32,000 bases of DNA from Pseudomonas aeruginosa (GTDB taxonomy: Bacteria; Pseudomonadota; Gammaproteobacteria; Pseudomonadales; Pseudomonadaceae), in assembly GCF_001457615.1 (NCBI RefSeq), contig NZ_LN831024.1, positions 1,500,001 to 1,532,000 on the forward strand, in the 5' to 3' direction. Both the position numbers and the translations under genes were made by a program. Shown in pieces: positions 1-10,614 of this stretch. Each line of letters opens with the position of its first letter. Within the stretch, counting starts at the first letter, position 1. Under the pieces are notes generated by a model that searched no databases, had not been told where the DNA came from, and saw only the letters and a program-made list of their open reading frames with translations.

Positions 1-208
1 CTGCCCCAGGCTGCCTCGCGCAGCCCGAACGCGGCGCCGCCTACGCTATGGCAGGTCAATGACAACAAGCGGATCACCGCCCCAGGCTGTACGGAAGGCT
101 CCCGCGAGCCGCTTTCCGCTACCGCCGGCACATCCCGCGCCCGCGCCTCGGCGCGGCGGGACGATCCGGACGTGAGACGGGGAGCCGTTCGCTCCTGAGG
201 AGGTTTCC
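1..208 (+). promoter_or_regulatory. Upstream untranslated flank of fruB (probably part of a fruR-fruB control region), with Shine-Dalgarno GAGGAGG at 197-203
   Basis: No credible CDS lies in 1-208. GAGGAGG sits 6 nt before the fruB ATG at 209. Small inverted repeats GGAGC-N5-GCTCC (181-195) and CCGCGCC-TC-GGCGCGG (about 140-160) are visible. I could not find a Cra/FruR-type TGAAACGTTTCA-like operator, so the promoter and operator assignment is weak. Confidence 0.35.
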
Positions 209-3079
209 ATGCTCGAACTCGATACCCGGCAGATCCGCATGGGCCAGCGCGCCGCGGACAAGGCCGAAGCCCTGCGCCTGCTCGGCGCGGCGCTGGTCGC
301 CGACGGCCTGGCCGCGCCCGGCTATGCCGAGGGCCTGAAGGCGCGCGAGGCACAAGGCTCCACCTACCTCGGCCAGGGCATCGCCATACCCCATGGGACC
401 CCGGATACCCGCGAGCTGGTCTTCAGCACCGGTGTGCGCCTGCTGCAATTCCCCGAGGGAGTGGACTGGGGCGATGGCCAGCAGGTCTACCTGGCCATCG
501 GCATCGCGGCGAAGTCCGACGAACACCTGCAGCTCCTGCAATTGCTCACCCGCGCCCTCGGCGAGGCCGACCTGGGACCGGCGCTGAGCGCGGCCGCCAG
601 CGCCGAGGAAGTCCTCGGCCTGTTGCAGGGCGCGCCGCAGGAACTGGCGCTGGACGCACAACTGGTCGGCCTCGGCCAGAACGCCGAGGACCTCGACGAA
701 CTGGCCTGGCTCGGCGCGCGCCTGTTGAAGAAGGCCGGCTGCGTGGAGAACGGCTTCGCCGCCGTGCTCCAGCAGACTGAACCGTTGCCGCTGGGCGACG
801 GGCTGTGCTGGTTGCACAGCGAACAATTGGTGAAGCGCCCCGGGCTGGCCTTCGTCACTCCGGCGCAACCGTTGCAGCACCAGGGGCAACTGGTCACCGG
901 GCTGTTCTGCCTGGCCAGCCTGGGCGAAGCGCACCAGGCGCTGCTCGAACGCCTGTGCGACCTGTTGCTGGAAGGGCGTGGCGCCGAGCTGGTGCGCGCC
1001 ACCAGCAGCCGCAGCGTACTCGCGGCGCTCGGTGGCGAGCTGCCGCCGGACTGGCCCAGCGCGCGAGCGGTCCTGGCCAACCCGCATGGCCTGCATGCCC
1101 GCCCGGCGCAGGCGCTGGCGCAGCTGGCCAAGGGTTTCGCCGGCGAGATCCGGGTACGCCTGGCCGACAGCGAGGCGGCCCCCGTCTCGGCGAAGAGCCT
1201 GAGCAAGCTGCTCGCCCTCGGCGCGCGACGCGGCCAGACGCTGGAGTTCAGCGCCGAGCCGGCGATCGCCGAGGACGCGCTGCCAGCCTTGCTGGCCGCG
1301 GTGCGCGAGGGGCTCGGCGAGGAGGTCGAAGCGCTGGCGGAGGAGGCCTTGCCCGATGCCGTCGGCGAGGCGGAAGAGGATGCCCGGCCGGCGCCGCTGC
1401 GCGCCGGCGAGCGCCTGCAGGCAATCGCCGCGTCGCCGGGCATCGCCAGTGGTCCGGCGCATGTCCAGGTGGCGCAGCGCTTCGAGTTCCAGCCGCGCGG
1501 CGAGTCGCCGGCCCATGAACGCGAGCGCCTGCTGCGGGCCAAGCGGGCGGTGGACGAGGAGATCGTCGGCCTGGTCGAACGCAGCACGGTGAAGGCGATC
1601 CGCGAGATTTTCGTCACCCACCGGGAGATGCTCGACGATCCGGAACTGGCCGAGCAGGTGCAACTGCGCCTGAATCGCGGCGAAAGCGCCGAAGCGGCCT
1701 GGAGTCGGGTGGTGGAAGACAGCGCGGCGCAACAGGAGGCGCTGCACGACGCGCTGCTCGCCGAGCGCGCCGCCGACCTCCGCGACCTCGGCCGGCGGGT
1801 GCTGGCCAGGCTCTGCGGGGTGGAGGCGCCGCGCGAGCCGGAGCAGCCGTACATCCTGGTGATGGACGAGGTCGGCCCCTCCGATGTCGCCCGCCTCGAC
1901 GCCCAGCGGGTCGCCGGCATCCTCACGGCGCGCGGCGGCGCCACTTCGCACAGCGCGATCATCGCCCGCGCCCTCGGCATTCCGGCATTGGTCGGCGCCG
2001 GCGCGGCGGTGCTCGGCCTGGAGCCTGGCACGGCACTGCTGCTGGATGGCGAGCACGGCTGGCTGCAGGTGGCGCCGAGCACCGAACAGTTGCAGCAGGC
2101 CGCCGCCGAGCGCGACGCCCGCCAGCAGCGCCAGGCCCGCGCCGACGCGCAGCGGCTGGAGCCTGCGCGGACCCGCGATGGCCACGCGGTGGAAGTCTGC
2201 GCCAACCTTGGCGACACCGCCGGCGCCGCGCGCGCGGTGGAGCTGGGCGCCGAGGGCGTTGGCCTGCTGCGCACCGAGTTCGTCTTCATGAACAACGCCC
2301 GCGCGCCGGACCTGGCGACCCAGGAAGCGGAATACCGTCGGGTGCTCGACGCCCTCGACGGACGTCCGCTGGTGGCGCGGACCCTGGATGTCGGCGGGGA
2401 CAAGCCGCTGCCGTACTGGCCGATTCCCCACGAAGAGAATCCCTATCTGGGCCTGCGCGGTATCCGCTTGACCCTGCAGCGACCGCAGATCCTCGAGACC
2501 CAGTTGCGCGCGCTGTTCCGCGCTGCCGGGGAGCGGCCGCTGCGGGTGATGTTCCCGATGGTCGGCAGCCTCGACGAATGGCGCCAGGCGCGTGACCTGG
2601 CGCTGCGCCTGCGCGAGGAAATCCCGCTGGCCGACCTGCAACTGGGGATCATGGTCGAGGTGCCCTCGGCGGCGTTGCTCGCGCCGGTGCTGGCCCGCGA
2701 GGTGGACTTCTTCAGCGTCGGCACCAACGACCTGACCCAGTACACCCTGGCTATCGATCGCGGCCACCCGAGTCTTTCGGCCCAGGCCGACGGCCTGCAT
2801 CCGGCGGTGCTGCAACTGATCGACATGACCGTCCGCGCCGCCCACGCCGAGGGCAAGTGGGTCGGCGTCTGCGGCGAACTGGCGGCCGACCCGCTGGCGT
2901 TGCCGCTGCTGGTCGGCCTGGGAGTGGACGAGCTGAGCGTCTCGGCGCGCAGCATCGCCCTGGTCAAGGCCGGCGTGCGCGAACTGCAGCTGGTCGCTGC
3001 GCGCGGCCTGGCCCGCAAAGCCCTGGGCCTGGCGAGCGCCGCCGAGGTCCGGGCCCTGGTGGAAGCGGAGGTGCAGTAA
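209..3079 (+). CDS. fruB: Fructose PTS multiphosphoryl transfer protein (EIIA-Fru / HPr-like FPr / Enzyme I fusion), 956 aa
   Basis: Full-length ORF with a good SD. The N-terminal EIIA (mannitol/fructose type) carries the GIAIPHGT phospho-His motif. The central HPr-like module carries [10 protein letters not shown]. The C-terminal Enzyme I carries [18 protein letters not shown] (phospho-His) and the PEP-utilising motifs MVEVPSAA and [10 protein letters not shown]. It is annotated fruI (PA3562) in PAO1 as I recall. Confidence 0.95.
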   Translation: MLELDTRQIRMGQRAADKAEALRLLGAALVADGLAAPGYAEGLKAREAQGSTYLGQGIAIPHGTPDTRELVFSTGVRLLQFPEGVDWGDGQQVYLAIGIAAKSDEHLQLLQLLTRALGEADLGPALSAAASAEEVLGLLQGAPQELALDAQLVGLGQNAEDLDELAWLGARLLKKAGCVENGFAAVLQQTEPLPLGDGLCWLHSEQLVKRPGLAFVTPAQPLQHQGQLVTGLFCLASLGEAHQALLERLCDLLLEGRGAELVRATSSRSVLAALGGELPPDWPSARAVLANPHGLHARPAQALAQLAKGFAGEIRVRLADSEAAPVSAKSLSKLLALGARRGQTLEFSAEPAIAEDALPALLAAVREGLGEEVEALAEEALPDAVGEAEEDARPAPLRAGERLQAIAASPGIASGPAHVQVAQRFEFQPRGESPAHERERLLRAKRAVDEEIVGLVERSTVKAIREIFVTHREMLDDPELAEQVQLRLNRGESAEAAWSRVVEDSAAQQEALHDALLAERAADLRDLGRRVLARLCGVEAPREPEQPYILVMDEVGPSDVARLDAQRVAGILTARGGATSHSAIIARALGIPALVGAGAAVLGLEPGTALLLDGEHGWLQVAPSTEQLQQAAAERDARQQRQARADAQRLEPARTRDGHAVEVCANLGDTAGAARAVELGAEGVGLLRTEFVFMNNARAPDLATQEAEYRRVLDALDGRPLVARTLDVGGDKPLPYWPIPHEENPYLGLRGIRLTLQRPQILETQLRALFRAAGERPLRVMFPMVGSLDEWRQARDLALRLREEIPLADLQLGIMVEVPSAALLAPVLAREVDFFSVGTNDLTQYTLAIDRGHPSLSAQADGLHPAVLQLIDMTVRAAHAEGKWVGVCGELAADPLALPLLVGLGVDELSVSARSIALVKAGVRELQLVAARGLARKALGLASAAEVRALVEAEVQ

Positions 3080-4023
3080 TGGCGCGGATCCTGACGATTA
3101 CCCTGAACCCTGCGCTGGACCTCACCGTGCGCCTGCGCCAGCTGGAACTGGGGGCGGTTAACCGCAGCGAGGCGGTGCTGACCCAGGCCGCCGGCAAGGG
3201 TCTGAACGTCGCCCAGGTGCTTGCCGACCTCGGCCATCGGTTGACGGTCAGCGGCTTCCTCGGCGAAGACAACCAGCCGCCGTTCACCGCCATGTTCCAG
3301 CGTCGTGGCTTCGCCGATGCGTTCGTCCGGGTGCCGGGCGAAACCCGCAGCAACATCAAGCTGGCCGAGCGCGGCGGGCGCGTCAGCGACCTCAACGGGC
3401 CGGGCCCGGAGGCCGACGAGCGAGCCCAGGCGGCGTTGCTCGAACGCCTCGACCGGCTTGCCGGGGAGCACGAGCTGGCGGTGGTCGCCGGCAGCCTGCC
3501 GCGCGGGGTCGAGCCGGAATGGCTGGGCGAACTGCTGCGGCGCTTGCGGCGCCTCGGCCTGAAGGTCGCCTTCGACAGCAGCGGCGCGGCCCTGCGCGAA
3601 GGTGTGAAGGCTGCGCCGTGGATGATCAAGCCGAACCTCGAGGAACTGGCCGATCTCTGCTCGGCGCCGATGGATGACCTGGTCGCACAGCGCCAGGCGG
3701 CCGAACGTCTGCGCCAGGACGGGGTAGGCCAGGTGGTGATTTCCCAGGGCGCCGCGGGGGTCAACTGGTTCGCCGCCGAGGGTGCCTGGCAGGCGCGGCC
3801 GCCGGCGGTGGAAGTGGCCAGCACGGTGGGCGCCGGCGATTCCCTGCTGGCCGGCATGCTGCACGGGCTGGCCAGCGGCTGGCCGGCCGAGCGGGTGCTG
3901 CGTCAGGCCACCGCCATCGCCAGCCTGGCGGTAACCCAGTTCGAGTTCGGCATCGGCGATCCGCAGCGCCTGGCGCGGATCGAAGCGGGCGTCGTGGTGC
4001 AGCCATTGGTCGAGGAGGCCTGA
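3079..4023 (+). CDS. fruK: 1-phosphofructokinase (PfkB family), 314 aa
   Basis: The track ORF 2857-4023 is over-extended. The internal start [14 protein letters not shown] at 3079 overlaps the fruB stop (TAATG). PfkB signatures AGKGLNVA (N-terminal) and GAGDSLLAGM (C-terminal) are present. It sits between fruB and fruA. Confidence 0.93.
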   Translation: MARILTITLNPALDLTVRLRQLELGAVNRSEAVLTQAAGKGLNVAQVLADLGHRLTVSGFLGEDNQPPFTAMFQRRGFADAFVRVPGETRSNIKLAERGGRVSDLNGPGPEADERAQAALLERLDRLAGEHELAVVAGSLPRGVEPEWLGELLRRLRRLGLKVAFDSSGAALREGVKAAPWMIKPNLEELADLCSAPMDDLVAQRQAAERLRQDGVGQVVISQGAAGVNWFAAEGAWQARPPAVEVASTVGAGDSLLAGMLHGLASGWPAERVLRQATAIASLAVTQFEFGIGDPQRLARIEAGVVVQPLVEEA

Positions 4024-4024
4024 G

Positions 4025-5782
4025 ATGAAACTAGCGATTGTCACCGCCTGCCCTGGCGGACAGGTCACCAGCGTGCTCGCCGCGCGCCTGCTGCGGGGCG
4101 CCGCCGAGCGCCTGGGCTGGGAAACCTGCGTCGAGGCGAATGCCGGGTCGAGGCCCGAGGGCGAACTGAGCGCCGAACAGATCGCCGAAGCCGACTGGGT
4201 CCTGCTGGTCGGCGTCGAGCCGCTGGCGGCGGCGCGTTTCGTCGGCAAGCCGGTGTATCGCGCGCGTCCCGCCGAGGCGCTGGCCGATCCGCGCGCCTTC
4301 CTCCAGCGGGCCGCCGCCCTGGCGAGCGTGGAGGTCGCCGGGGACGAGGCCGGCCTGGTTGCGCCGGAGGCCGGAGCGGCACCGCGGATCGTCGCGGTGA
4401 CCGCCTGTCCGACCGGCGTGGCGCACACCTTCATGGCCGCCGAGGCGTTGCAGCTCGCGGCGGGGCAACTGGGCTTCGCGTTGCAGGTCGAGACCCAGGG
4501 CTCGGTCGGCGCGCGCAACCCGCTCGACCCGGCGGACATCGCCGCCGCCGACGTGGTCCTGCTGGCCGCCGACATCGACGTGGACACGGCCCGTTTCGCC
4601 GGCAAGAAGATCTACCGTTGCGGCACCGGCGTGGCCCTCAAGCAGGCCCGCGCGACGCTCGAGCGGGCGCTGGCGGAAGGGCAGGTCGAGAGCGCGGGCG
4701 CAGCCAGCGCGGTGGTCGCCAGGGACGAGAAGCGCGGGGTGTACAAGCACCTGCTGACCGGGGTGTCGTTCATGTTGCCGATGGTGGTCGCGGGCGGCCT
4801 GCTGATCGCCCTGTCGCTGGCCTTCGGCATCGATGCCTACAAGCAGCCGGGCAGCCTGGCGGCGGTGCTGAGGACGGTCGGCGACACGGCTTTCGTCCTG
4901 ATGGTGCCGATGCTCGCCGGCTACATCGCCTATTCCATCGCCGACCGCCCGGGCCTGGCGCCGGGCATGCTCGGCGGCCTGCTCGCCGGGACCCTCGGCG
5001 CCGGGTTCATCGGCGGGATAGTCGCCGGCTTCATCGCCGGCTATGCGGCGCGGGCCATCAGCCACGGGCTGAGGCTGCCGGCGAGCCTGGAAGCGCTGAA
5101 GCCGATCCTGGTCATCCCGTTGCTGGCCAGCCTGGTCACCGGCCTGCTGATGCTCTACGTGGTCGGCAAGCCGGTGGCCGGGATGCTCGCGGCACTGACC
5201 GGGTTCCTCGACGGCATGGGTACCTCCAATGCCATCCTCCTCGGCCTGCTGCTCGGCGGGATGATGTGCGTCGACCTCGGCGGACCGGTCAACAAGGCCG
5301 CCTACGCCTTTTCCGTCGGCCTGCTCTCGTCGCACAGCTACGCGCCGATGGCGGCGGTGATGGCGGCGGGCATGGTGCCGCCGATCGGCATGGGCCTGGC
5401 GACCCTGCTGGCGCGGCGCAAGTTCGCCGAGAGCGAGCGGCAGGCCGGCAAGGCAGCCTCGGTGCTGGGGCTGTGCTTCATCTCCGAAGGCGCCATCCCG
5501 TTCGCCGCCAAGGACCCGTTGCGGGTGATCCCGGCGAGCATCGCCGGCGGCGCGCTGACCGGCGCCCTGTCGATGTATTTCGGCTGCAAGTTGCAGGCGC
5601 CTCACGGCGGGTTGTTCGTGATGCTGGTGCCCAACGCGATCAACCACGCCCTGGCGTACCTGCTGGCGATCGTCGCCGGCAGCCTGCTTACCGGGCTGCT
5701 CTACGCCGTGCTCAAGCGCGGCGCCGAGCCGGGACTGGCGTTGGGGACCTCGTCCTCGCGGGAGCCGGCGGCTGGCGGATAG
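4025..5782 (+). CDS. fruA: Fructose-specific PTS permease EIIB'-EIIB-EIIC, 585 aa
   Basis: The start is 1 nt after the fruK stop. There are two tandem IIB-like modules (VTACPGGQVTS and VTACPTGVAHTFMAAEAL with the active-site Cys). A polytopic Gly/Ala/Leu-rich IIC domain follows. Confidence 0.95.
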   Translation: MKLAIVTACPGGQVTSVLAARLLRGAAERLGWETCVEANAGSRPEGELSAEQIAEADWVLLVGVEPLAAARFVGKPVYRARPAEALADPRAFLQRAAALASVEVAGDEAGLVAPEAGAAPRIVAVTACPTGVAHTFMAAEALQLAAGQLGFALQVETQGSVGARNPLDPADIAAADVVLLAADIDVDTARFAGKKIYRCGTGVALKQARATLERALAEGQVESAGAASAVVARDEKRGVYKHLLTGVSFMLPMVVAGGLLIALSLAFGIDAYKQPGSLAAVLRTVGDTAFVLMVPMLAGYIAYSIADRPGLAPGMLGGLLAGTLGAGFIGGIVAGFIAGYAARAISHGLRLPASLEALKPILVIPLLASLVTGLLMLYVVGKPVAGMLAALTGFLDGMGTSNAILLGLLLGGMMCVDLGGPVNKAAYAFSVGLLSSHSYAPMAAVMAAGMVPPIGMGLATLLARRKFAESERQAGKAASVLGLCFISEGAIPFAAKDPLRVIPASIAGGALTGALSMYFGCKLQAPHGGLFVMLVPNAINHALAYLLAIVAGSLLTGLLYAVLKRGAEPGLALGTSSSREPAAGG

Positions 5783-5798
5783 CCGCGAGGCGGTCATG

Positions 5799-5907
5799 CG
5801 CCCTACGCCACCTGAGCGACGTGGCAGAGGGTAGGGCGAATAACGCCGCAGGCGTTATCCGCCGAGACTCCGGAGAACCGGCGGATAACCGCAAGCGGTT
5901 ATTCGCC
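5799..5907. repeat. REP-like composite palindrome between the convergent fruA and ugd (possible bidirectional transcript-end or stability element)
   Basis: Hairpin 5799-5838: CGCCCTAC+GCCAC pairs with GTGGC+GTAGGGCG, with a 5-nt bulge. This is followed by two inverted copies of a roughly 28-nt unit: GGCGAATAACGCCGCAGGCGTTATCCGCC at 5835-5863 and GGCGGATAACCGCAAGCGGTTATTCGCC at 5880-5907. Each unit contains its own 8-bp hairpin. Neither strand has a U-tract, so this is not a canonical intrinsic terminator. Confidence 0.6.
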
Positions 5908-5935
5908 CCAGCGGTCGATCCGACCTGGGGCGGCT

Positions 5936-7330
5936 TCAGGCCTGGCGCAACAGGCGCACGCCATCTTCCTGTGCGAGGCTGGCCTCGTTGATCGGCAACG
6001 AGCAGGACTGCCCGCGTCCCATCGGGTAGTAGTGGAAGCCGTGGCGGGCCATGCGCTCGGGGTCGTAGAGGTTGCGCCCGTCGAAGATCACCGGGGCCTT
6101 CAGGCGCTCCTTGAGCAGCTCGAAATCCGGTGCCTTGAATTGCTGCCACTCGGTGCAGATGACCAGCGCATCGGCGCCTCCCAGGGTCGCCTCGGGGGTG
6201 CCCATCAGGCTCAGGCGTTCGTCGTGGCCATAGAGCCGCTGGGTTTCCTGCATGGCTTCGGGATCGTAGGCGCGCACCTGCGCGCCGTGGCGCCAGAGCG
6301 CTTCCATCAGTTCGCGGCTGGGCGCGTCGCGCATGTCGTCGGTGTTCGGCTTGAAGGCCAGGCCCCAAAGGGCGAAGGTCTTGCCGCGCAGGTCGCCGTC
6401 GTAGAACACCCGGATGCGTTCGAACAGCTTGTGCTTCTGCCGCCGGTTGATCGCTTCCACTGCCTGCAACAGGTCGCTGGAGCAATGCGCCTGCTCGGCG
6501 CTGTGGATCAGCGCGCGCATGTCCTTGGGGAAGCAGGAGCCGCCGTAGCCGCAGCCGGGGTAGATGAAGTGGTAGCCGATCCGCGGGTCGGCGCCGATGC
6601 CCTGGCGCACCGCCTCGATGTCGGCACCGAGGTGTTCGGCCAGTTCGGCGATCTGGTTGATGAAGCTGATCTTGGTCGCCAGCATGCCGTTCGCCGCGTA
6701 CTTGGTCAGTTCGGCGCTGCGCAGGCCCATGAACAGCATGCGGTCGTGGTTGCGGTTGAACGGCTCGTAGAGTTCGCGCATCACCTGGCGCACCTCTTCG
6801 TTGTCGCAGCCGACCACGATGCGGTCCGGGCGCCGGCAGTCGGCGACGGCGGAGCCTTCCTTGAGGAATTCCGGGTTGGAGACGATCTCGAATTCCAGCT
6901 CGCGTCCGTCGGCTTCCAGGCGCCGCTCGATGTGCGCGCGCAGGCGGTCGCCGGTGCCTACCGGGACGGTCGATTTCTCCACCACGATGACGGGCTTGCG
7001 GCGGTGCTCGGCGATGGCATCGGCCACCGCGAAGACCGCGCCGAGATCGGCCGCGCCGTCCTCGCCAGGCGGGGTGCCGACCGCAATGAACTGCACCCGG
7101 CCGTGTTCCACGGCCAGGCGCGCATCGCTGCTGAAACGCAGGCGGCCGCTGTCCAGGCCTTCGCGCAGCAAGGCGTCGAGCCCGGGTTCGTAGATGCTGG
7201 CGAGGCCCTGCGCGAGGCGTTCGACCTTGTTCCGGTCGATGTCCATGCACAGTACATCGTGGCCCACTTCGGCGAGGACGGCGGCCTGCACCAGTCCTAC
7301 ATAGCCACTGCCGAATACGCTGATCTTCAT
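5936..7330 (-). CDS. ugd: UDP-glucose 6-dehydrogenase, 464 aa (supplies UDP-glucuronate to the Arn pathway)
   Basis: N-terminal Rossmann motif [14 protein letters not shown] and catalytic-Cys motif GGSCFPKD. It is a family paralogue of AlgD. The ATG at 7330 overlaps the arnF stop (ATGA). Confidence 0.93.
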   Translation of the reverse strand: MKISVFGSGYVGLVQAAVLAEVGHDVLCMDIDRNKVERLAQGLASIYEPGLDALLREGLDSGRLRFSSDARLAVEHGRVQFIAVGTPPGEDGAADLGAVFAVADAIAEHRRKPVIVVEKSTVPVGTGDRLRAHIERRLEADGRELEFEIVSNPEFLKEGSAVADCRRPDRIVVGCDNEEVRQVMRELYEPFNRNHDRMLFMGLRSAELTKYAANGMLATKISFINQIAELAEHLGADIEAVRQGIGADPRIGYHFIYPGCGYGGSCFPKDMRALIHSAEQAHCSSDLLQAVEAINRRQKHKLFERIRVFYDGDLRGKTFALWGLAFKPNTDDMRDAPSRELMEALWRHGAQVRAYDPEAMQETQRLYGHDERLSLMGTPEATLGGADALVICTEWQQFKAPDFELLKERLKAPVIFDGRNLYDPERMARHGFHYYPMGRGQSCSLPINEASLAQEDGVRLLRQA

Positions 7331-7740
7331 GGTGCTTTCCTCGACGGATGATGCGCGGGCGCGGCAGCGGTGCGGCGGGCGTTGACGGTCAACACGCCGA
7401 GCACCACCAGGCCTACGCCCAGGGTCTTGCTGGTACTGAAGGTTTCATCGAACGCCGGCAGGCTCGCCGCCAGCAGGTAGACCAGCGCGTAGCTGGCGCT
7501 CAACAGGCTGTAGGCGCGGCCCAGCGGCAGGTGGCGCAGGGCGGCCAGCCAGCACAGCAGGGAGGCGGCGTAGGCTGCCACCGCCAGGGCTACCGCGAGC
7601 AGCGCGGCGCGCTCCGGCGTTTGCCCGGCCCAGGCTTCCGGTAGCGGCAGGCGGCTCATGCCCCAGCGCATGCCGAGCTGGGCGGCGCTGGCCAGCAGCA
7701 TGCTGCCCAGCGCCGCCAGCCAGCCGCGTAGCGCGTTCAT
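7327..7740 (-). CDS. arnF: Undecaprenyl-phosphate-L-Ara4N flippase subunit ArnF, 137 aa
   Basis: Small, very hydrophobic SMR/EamA-like protein. It lies last but one in the arn operon and has 4-nt overlaps with arnE and ugd. Assignment rests on position and recalled PA3558 identity. Confidence 0.85.
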   Translation of the reverse strand: MNALRGWLAALGSMLLASAAQLGMRWGMSRLPLPEAWAGQTPERAALLAVALAVAAYAASLLCWLAALRHLPLGRAYSLLSASYALVYLLAASLPAFDETFSTSKTLGVGLVVLGVLTVNARRTAAAPAHHPSRKAP

Positions 7741-8084
7741 GCGCTCCTCCCGAGCAGGGCCACGCCGGCGACGATCAGCAACAGGCCGGCGAGGTGGCGG
7801 CGATCCACCGGCTCATCGAAGACGAAGCGTGCCGCCAGGGTGACCAGGACGAAGTTCAGCGCCAGCATCGGATAGGCGCTGCCGACTTCCACCCGTTGCA
7901 GGAGCAGCAGCCAGCAGAGCAGGCCGAGCCCGAGGGCGAGCAGCGCCAGCCACGGCCACGGACTGCGCAGGCGCGCCGTCCAGCCGTCGGCGGCGACCAG
8001 GCGCCAGTGCTCCACGGTGAGCTTCTGCGCAACCTGGCCGAGGCCGGTCATGAGCAGGGTGGCGAGCAGCAGTGCGGCGCTCAT
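7737..8084 (-). CDS. arnE: Undecaprenyl-phosphate-L-Ara4N flippase subunit ArnE, 115 aa
   Basis: The track ORF 7737-8237 is over-extended; its first 51 codons are a Pro/Arg/Gly-rich read-through inside arnT. The start [21 protein letters not shown] at 8084 forms an ATGA overlap with the arnT stop. The protein is a hydrophobic four-helix SMR-like type. Confidence 0.85.
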   Translation of the reverse strand: MSAALLLATLLMTGLGQVAQKLTVEHWRLVAADGWTARLRSPWPWLALLALGLGLLCWLLLLQRVEVGSAYPMLALNFVLVTLAARFVFDEPVDRRHLAGLLLIVAGVALLGRSA

Positions 8085-9730
8085 GGGCGCACCTGCGGCA
8101 GGATCGCCAGGACCAGGTTGCCGTTCCGGTAGCGTTCGCCGTCGCCCGGCAACAGCGCCAGCTGGTAGCGGTCGCTGGCGCTGTTGATCCGCAGCAGCAC
8201 GGCAACCGAGCCGTCCTGGCGTGCCTGCCAGAGCCACTGGCGGATGTCTGCCAAGGGCACGCTGCGCTGGCTGTGCTCGGGGTAGGAGAGGCCGTACTTC
8301 AGCTCGCCGCGCGTGTCGTAGAGCGTCACGTCGCTACGACGCAGGCGCCAGGCGAGGGCCGAGGCGGCGCCGAGGTCGTTGCTCAGCAGATGGTGGGCGC
8401 CGGTCAGTTCGTCGAGGTGTTCGGCGACGAACAGGTCGGGGGTCTTGTTCTGCACCACATGATTGGGCATCGCTGCCGGCAGCAGCGCGATCAGCACCCA
8501 GCTCGCCAGCAGCGGCGCGGCCCAGGCGCGTAGCGGGTAGCGCCACTGGGCGAGGCCGGCGGCGGCCCAGGCGCCGATCACCAGCAGGACCAGGAACAGC
8601 TCGAAGGGTTCTTCCTGGTACACCGGCTTGCGCAGTTGCAGGTAGGCCAGGGCCGCCAGCGCGAGGAGCGCCAGGCCCAGGTTGAGCAGCCCGTTGCCGC
8701 GCAGCGCGACGCTGTTCCCCAGGCGCAGCCGCTGCACCAGGGCGTGGCCCATGAGCAGTGCCAGCGGCAGCAGGCAGGGCATGATGTAGGTCGGCAGCTT
8801 GCCCCGGCTCAGGCTGAAGAACGCCAGCGGCAACAGCAGCCATAGCGCCAGGAAGACCACCGGCGCTTGGCGCCGCTCGTGCCAGGCCTGGCGCAGCGCG
8901 CTCGGCAGCAGGCCGCTCCAGGGCAGGCAGGAGACCGCCAGCAACGGCAGGTAGAACCACCACGGGCGAGAGTGCTGGGCGTCTTCGCCGGCGAAGCGGC
9001 GGATGTGTTCGTGCCAGAAGAAGAACCGCCAGTAGTCCGCTTCCCGCGCATGCACGGCGAGCGCCCAGGGCAGGCAGACGAGCAGCGCCGCCAGCACCGC
9101 CAGCGCGCCGTAGCCAAGCAGCTCGCGCCAGCGCCGCTGCCAGAGCATGTAGGGCAGGGCGACCAGCACCGGCAGCAGCCAGGCGAGGAAGCCCTTGGTC
9201 AGGAAGCCCATGCCGCAGGCGAGGCCGAGCAGGGTCCAGCCAAGCAGGCGCGCGCGGCGGCTCCCCGCGTCGAGGGCATGCCACAGCGCCACCAGGCTCA
9301 GGTTGACCCAGAAGGTGAATTGCGGGTCGAGGTTGGCATAGCCGGACTGCCCGGCGATCAAGCCGAAGCTGGCGTAGAGCAGCGCGCACGCTAGGCTGGT
9401 GCGTGGGTCGCGCCACAGGCGGCGGGCCAGCAGGTAGGCGAGCAGGACGCTGAGGGCGGTGGCGACGACCGAGGCGATGCGCACGCCGAACAGGTTTTCG
9501 CCGAAGACCGCCTGGCCGAGGGCGATCATCCAGTAGCCGGCGACCGGCTTCTCGAAGTAGCGCAGGCCGAGGAAGTGCGGCGACACCCAGTCGCCGCCCA
9601 GCAGCATCGCCTGGCTGATCTGCGCGTAGCGGGTCTCGTCGGGAATCCACAGGCCATGGTTGCTCAATGGAACCAGGTAGAACAGGCCGAAGGCGATCAG
9701 CAGCAGCGAACAGGTCTGGCGGCGGCTCAT
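8081..9730 (-). CDS. arnT: Undecaprenyl-phosphate-L-Ara4N:lipid A transferase ArnT (GT-C / GT83), 549 aa
   Basis: The track ORF 8081-10210 is over-extended by 160 codons. The start [23 protein letters not shown] at 9730 forms an ATGA overlap with the arnD stop. It is a polytopic membrane protein with the N-terminal [13 protein letters not shown] motif typical of ArnT/PMT-type glycosyltransferases. Confidence 0.93.
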   Translation of the reverse strand: MSRRQTCSLLLIAFGLFYLVPLSNHGLWIPDETRYAQISQAMLLGGDWVSPHFLGLRYFEKPVAGYWMIALGQAVFGENLFGVRIASVVATALSVLLAYLLARRLWRDPRTSLACALLYASFGLIAGQSGYANLDPQFTFWVNLSLVALWHALDAGSRRARLLGWTLLGLACGMGFLTKGFLAWLLPVLVALPYMLWQRRWRELLGYGALAVLAALLVCLPWALAVHAREADYWRFFFWHEHIRRFAGEDAQHSRPWWFYLPLLAVSCLPWSGLLPSALRQAWHERRQAPVVFLALWLLLPLAFFSLSRGKLPTYIMPCLLPLALLMGHALVQRLRLGNSVALRGNGLLNLGLALLALAALAYLQLRKPVYQEEPFELFLVLLVIGAWAAAGLAQWRYPLRAWAAPLLASWVLIALLPAAMPNHVVQNKTPDLFVAEHLDELTGAHHLLSNDLGAASALAWRLRRSDVTLYDTRGELKYGLSYPEHSQRSVPLADIRQWLWQARQDGSVAVLLRINSASDRYQLALLPGDGERYRNGNLVLAILPQVRP

Positions 9731-10614
9731 GGCTGGCGCACTCCCAGCCAGCCCTCGCGGCCGGCCAGGCGGCCGCGCACCAGTTCGGCCATCGGCAGGC
9801 TGCGCGGATCGTCCGGCAGCAGTTCGCCCAACGGTCGGAAGCGGATGCCGCGCCGTTCGGCGCGCCGCAGCAGTTCGCGGAACGCCGGGGCGAGGAGCAG
9901 CCCCTCGACCTCGGCGTGGATGGTGTAGACGTTGTCGCGGCCAGCGGCGAAGCGTTCCAGGATGAAGTCGTTGTAGGCCTCGCGCGGCAGGCCGGGACCG
10001 ACCACCTCGTCGAAGGTCGGCAGGTTCACCGGCACCTGCGGGATGCCGGGGCTGCCGTCGGCCAGGCGCGGGCGGAACGCGCCGCGTCCGCGGCAGTCGC
10101 TGTTGTAGCGGAAGCCGAAGGGCTGCTTGGCCTCGACCACCCGGCCGTCGGCGCGCCAGCCGGCGGCGGCGGAACAACGCACCGGCTGGCCGAGGATGTC
10201 CGCCAGGCAATCGCTGCCGCGGCGGATCTGCTCGCCGAGCTGCTGCACGCTCCAGACGCCGGCGTGGGTCTGCCAGGCATGGTGGTCCCAGGCGTGCAGG
10301 CCGACCTCGTGGCCGGCGGCCTGGGTCCGCCGCATCAGCGGGCCGAGTTCGCGGCCGATCGGCTTGCCCGGCCAGGCGGTGCCGGCCAGCAGGATGTCCC
10401 AGCCATACAGGCTGGCGGCGCGCGAGCGGAGCATCTTCCAGAAGAACGCCGGGCGCGCCAGGCGCCAGAGGTGGCGGCCCATGTTGTCCGGGCCGACGCT
10501 GAAGAAGAAGGTCGCCTTCAGCCCGGCTTCGTCGAGCAGCTCGAGCAGCCGCGGCACCCCGTCGCGGGTGCCGCGGAAGGTGTCGACGTCGATGCGCAGG
10601 CCGGCCTGGATCAC
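9727..10614 (-). CDS. arnD: 4-deoxy-4-formamido-L-arabinose-phosphoundecaprenol deformylase ArnD (NodB-type), 295 aa
   Basis: The track ORF 9727-12558 is grossly over-extended through arnA in another frame. The GTG at 10614 gives (V->M)[15 protein letters not shown], which aligns with the enterobacterial ArnD N-terminus as I recall it, and overlaps the arnA stop (GTGA). The polysaccharide-deacetylase motifs DVDTF and HAWDHH are present. Confidence 0.9.
   Translation of the reverse strand: MIQAGLRIDVDTFRGTRDGVPRLLELLDEAGLKATFFFSVGPDNMGRHLWRLARPAFFWKMLRSRAASLYGWDILLAGTAWPGKPIGRELGPLMRRTQAAGHEVGLHAWDHHAWQTHAGVWSVQQLGEQIRRGSDCLADILGQPVRCSAAAGWRADGRVVEAKQPFGFRYNSDCRGRGAFRPRLADGSPGIPQVPVNLPTFDEVVGPGLPREAYNDFILERFAAGRDNVYTIHAEVEGLLLAPAFRELLRRAERRGIRFRPLGELLPDDPRSLPMAELVRGRLAGREGWLGVRQP

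Noticed and set aside
1-208. Search for a Cra/FruR operator (TGAAACGTTTCA-like palindrome) upstream of fruB
   Set aside because: Only weak GC-rich inverted repeats are present (GGAGC-N5-GCTCC at 181-195). Nothing resembles the LacI/GalR-type half-sites. The operator, if present, is likely left of the window, so no operator feature is claimed.
119-2845. 908-aa ORF antisense to fruB, plus similar giant antisense ORFs at 10644-13124 (+, 826 aa), 16169-18718 (+, 849 aa), 22046-24754 (+, 902 aa), 24724-26376 (+, 550 aa), 18562-20253 (+, 563 aa), 4031-5797 (-, 588 aa) and 29081-30436 (+, 451 aa)
   Set aside because: All lie exactly opposite well-supported genes and have Arg/Ala/Gly/Pro/Gln-dominated low-complexity translations with no recognisable motifs. 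They have no SD or sensible start context. In DNA this GC-rich, stop codons are rare in the antisense frames of real genes, so long open frames are expected by chance.
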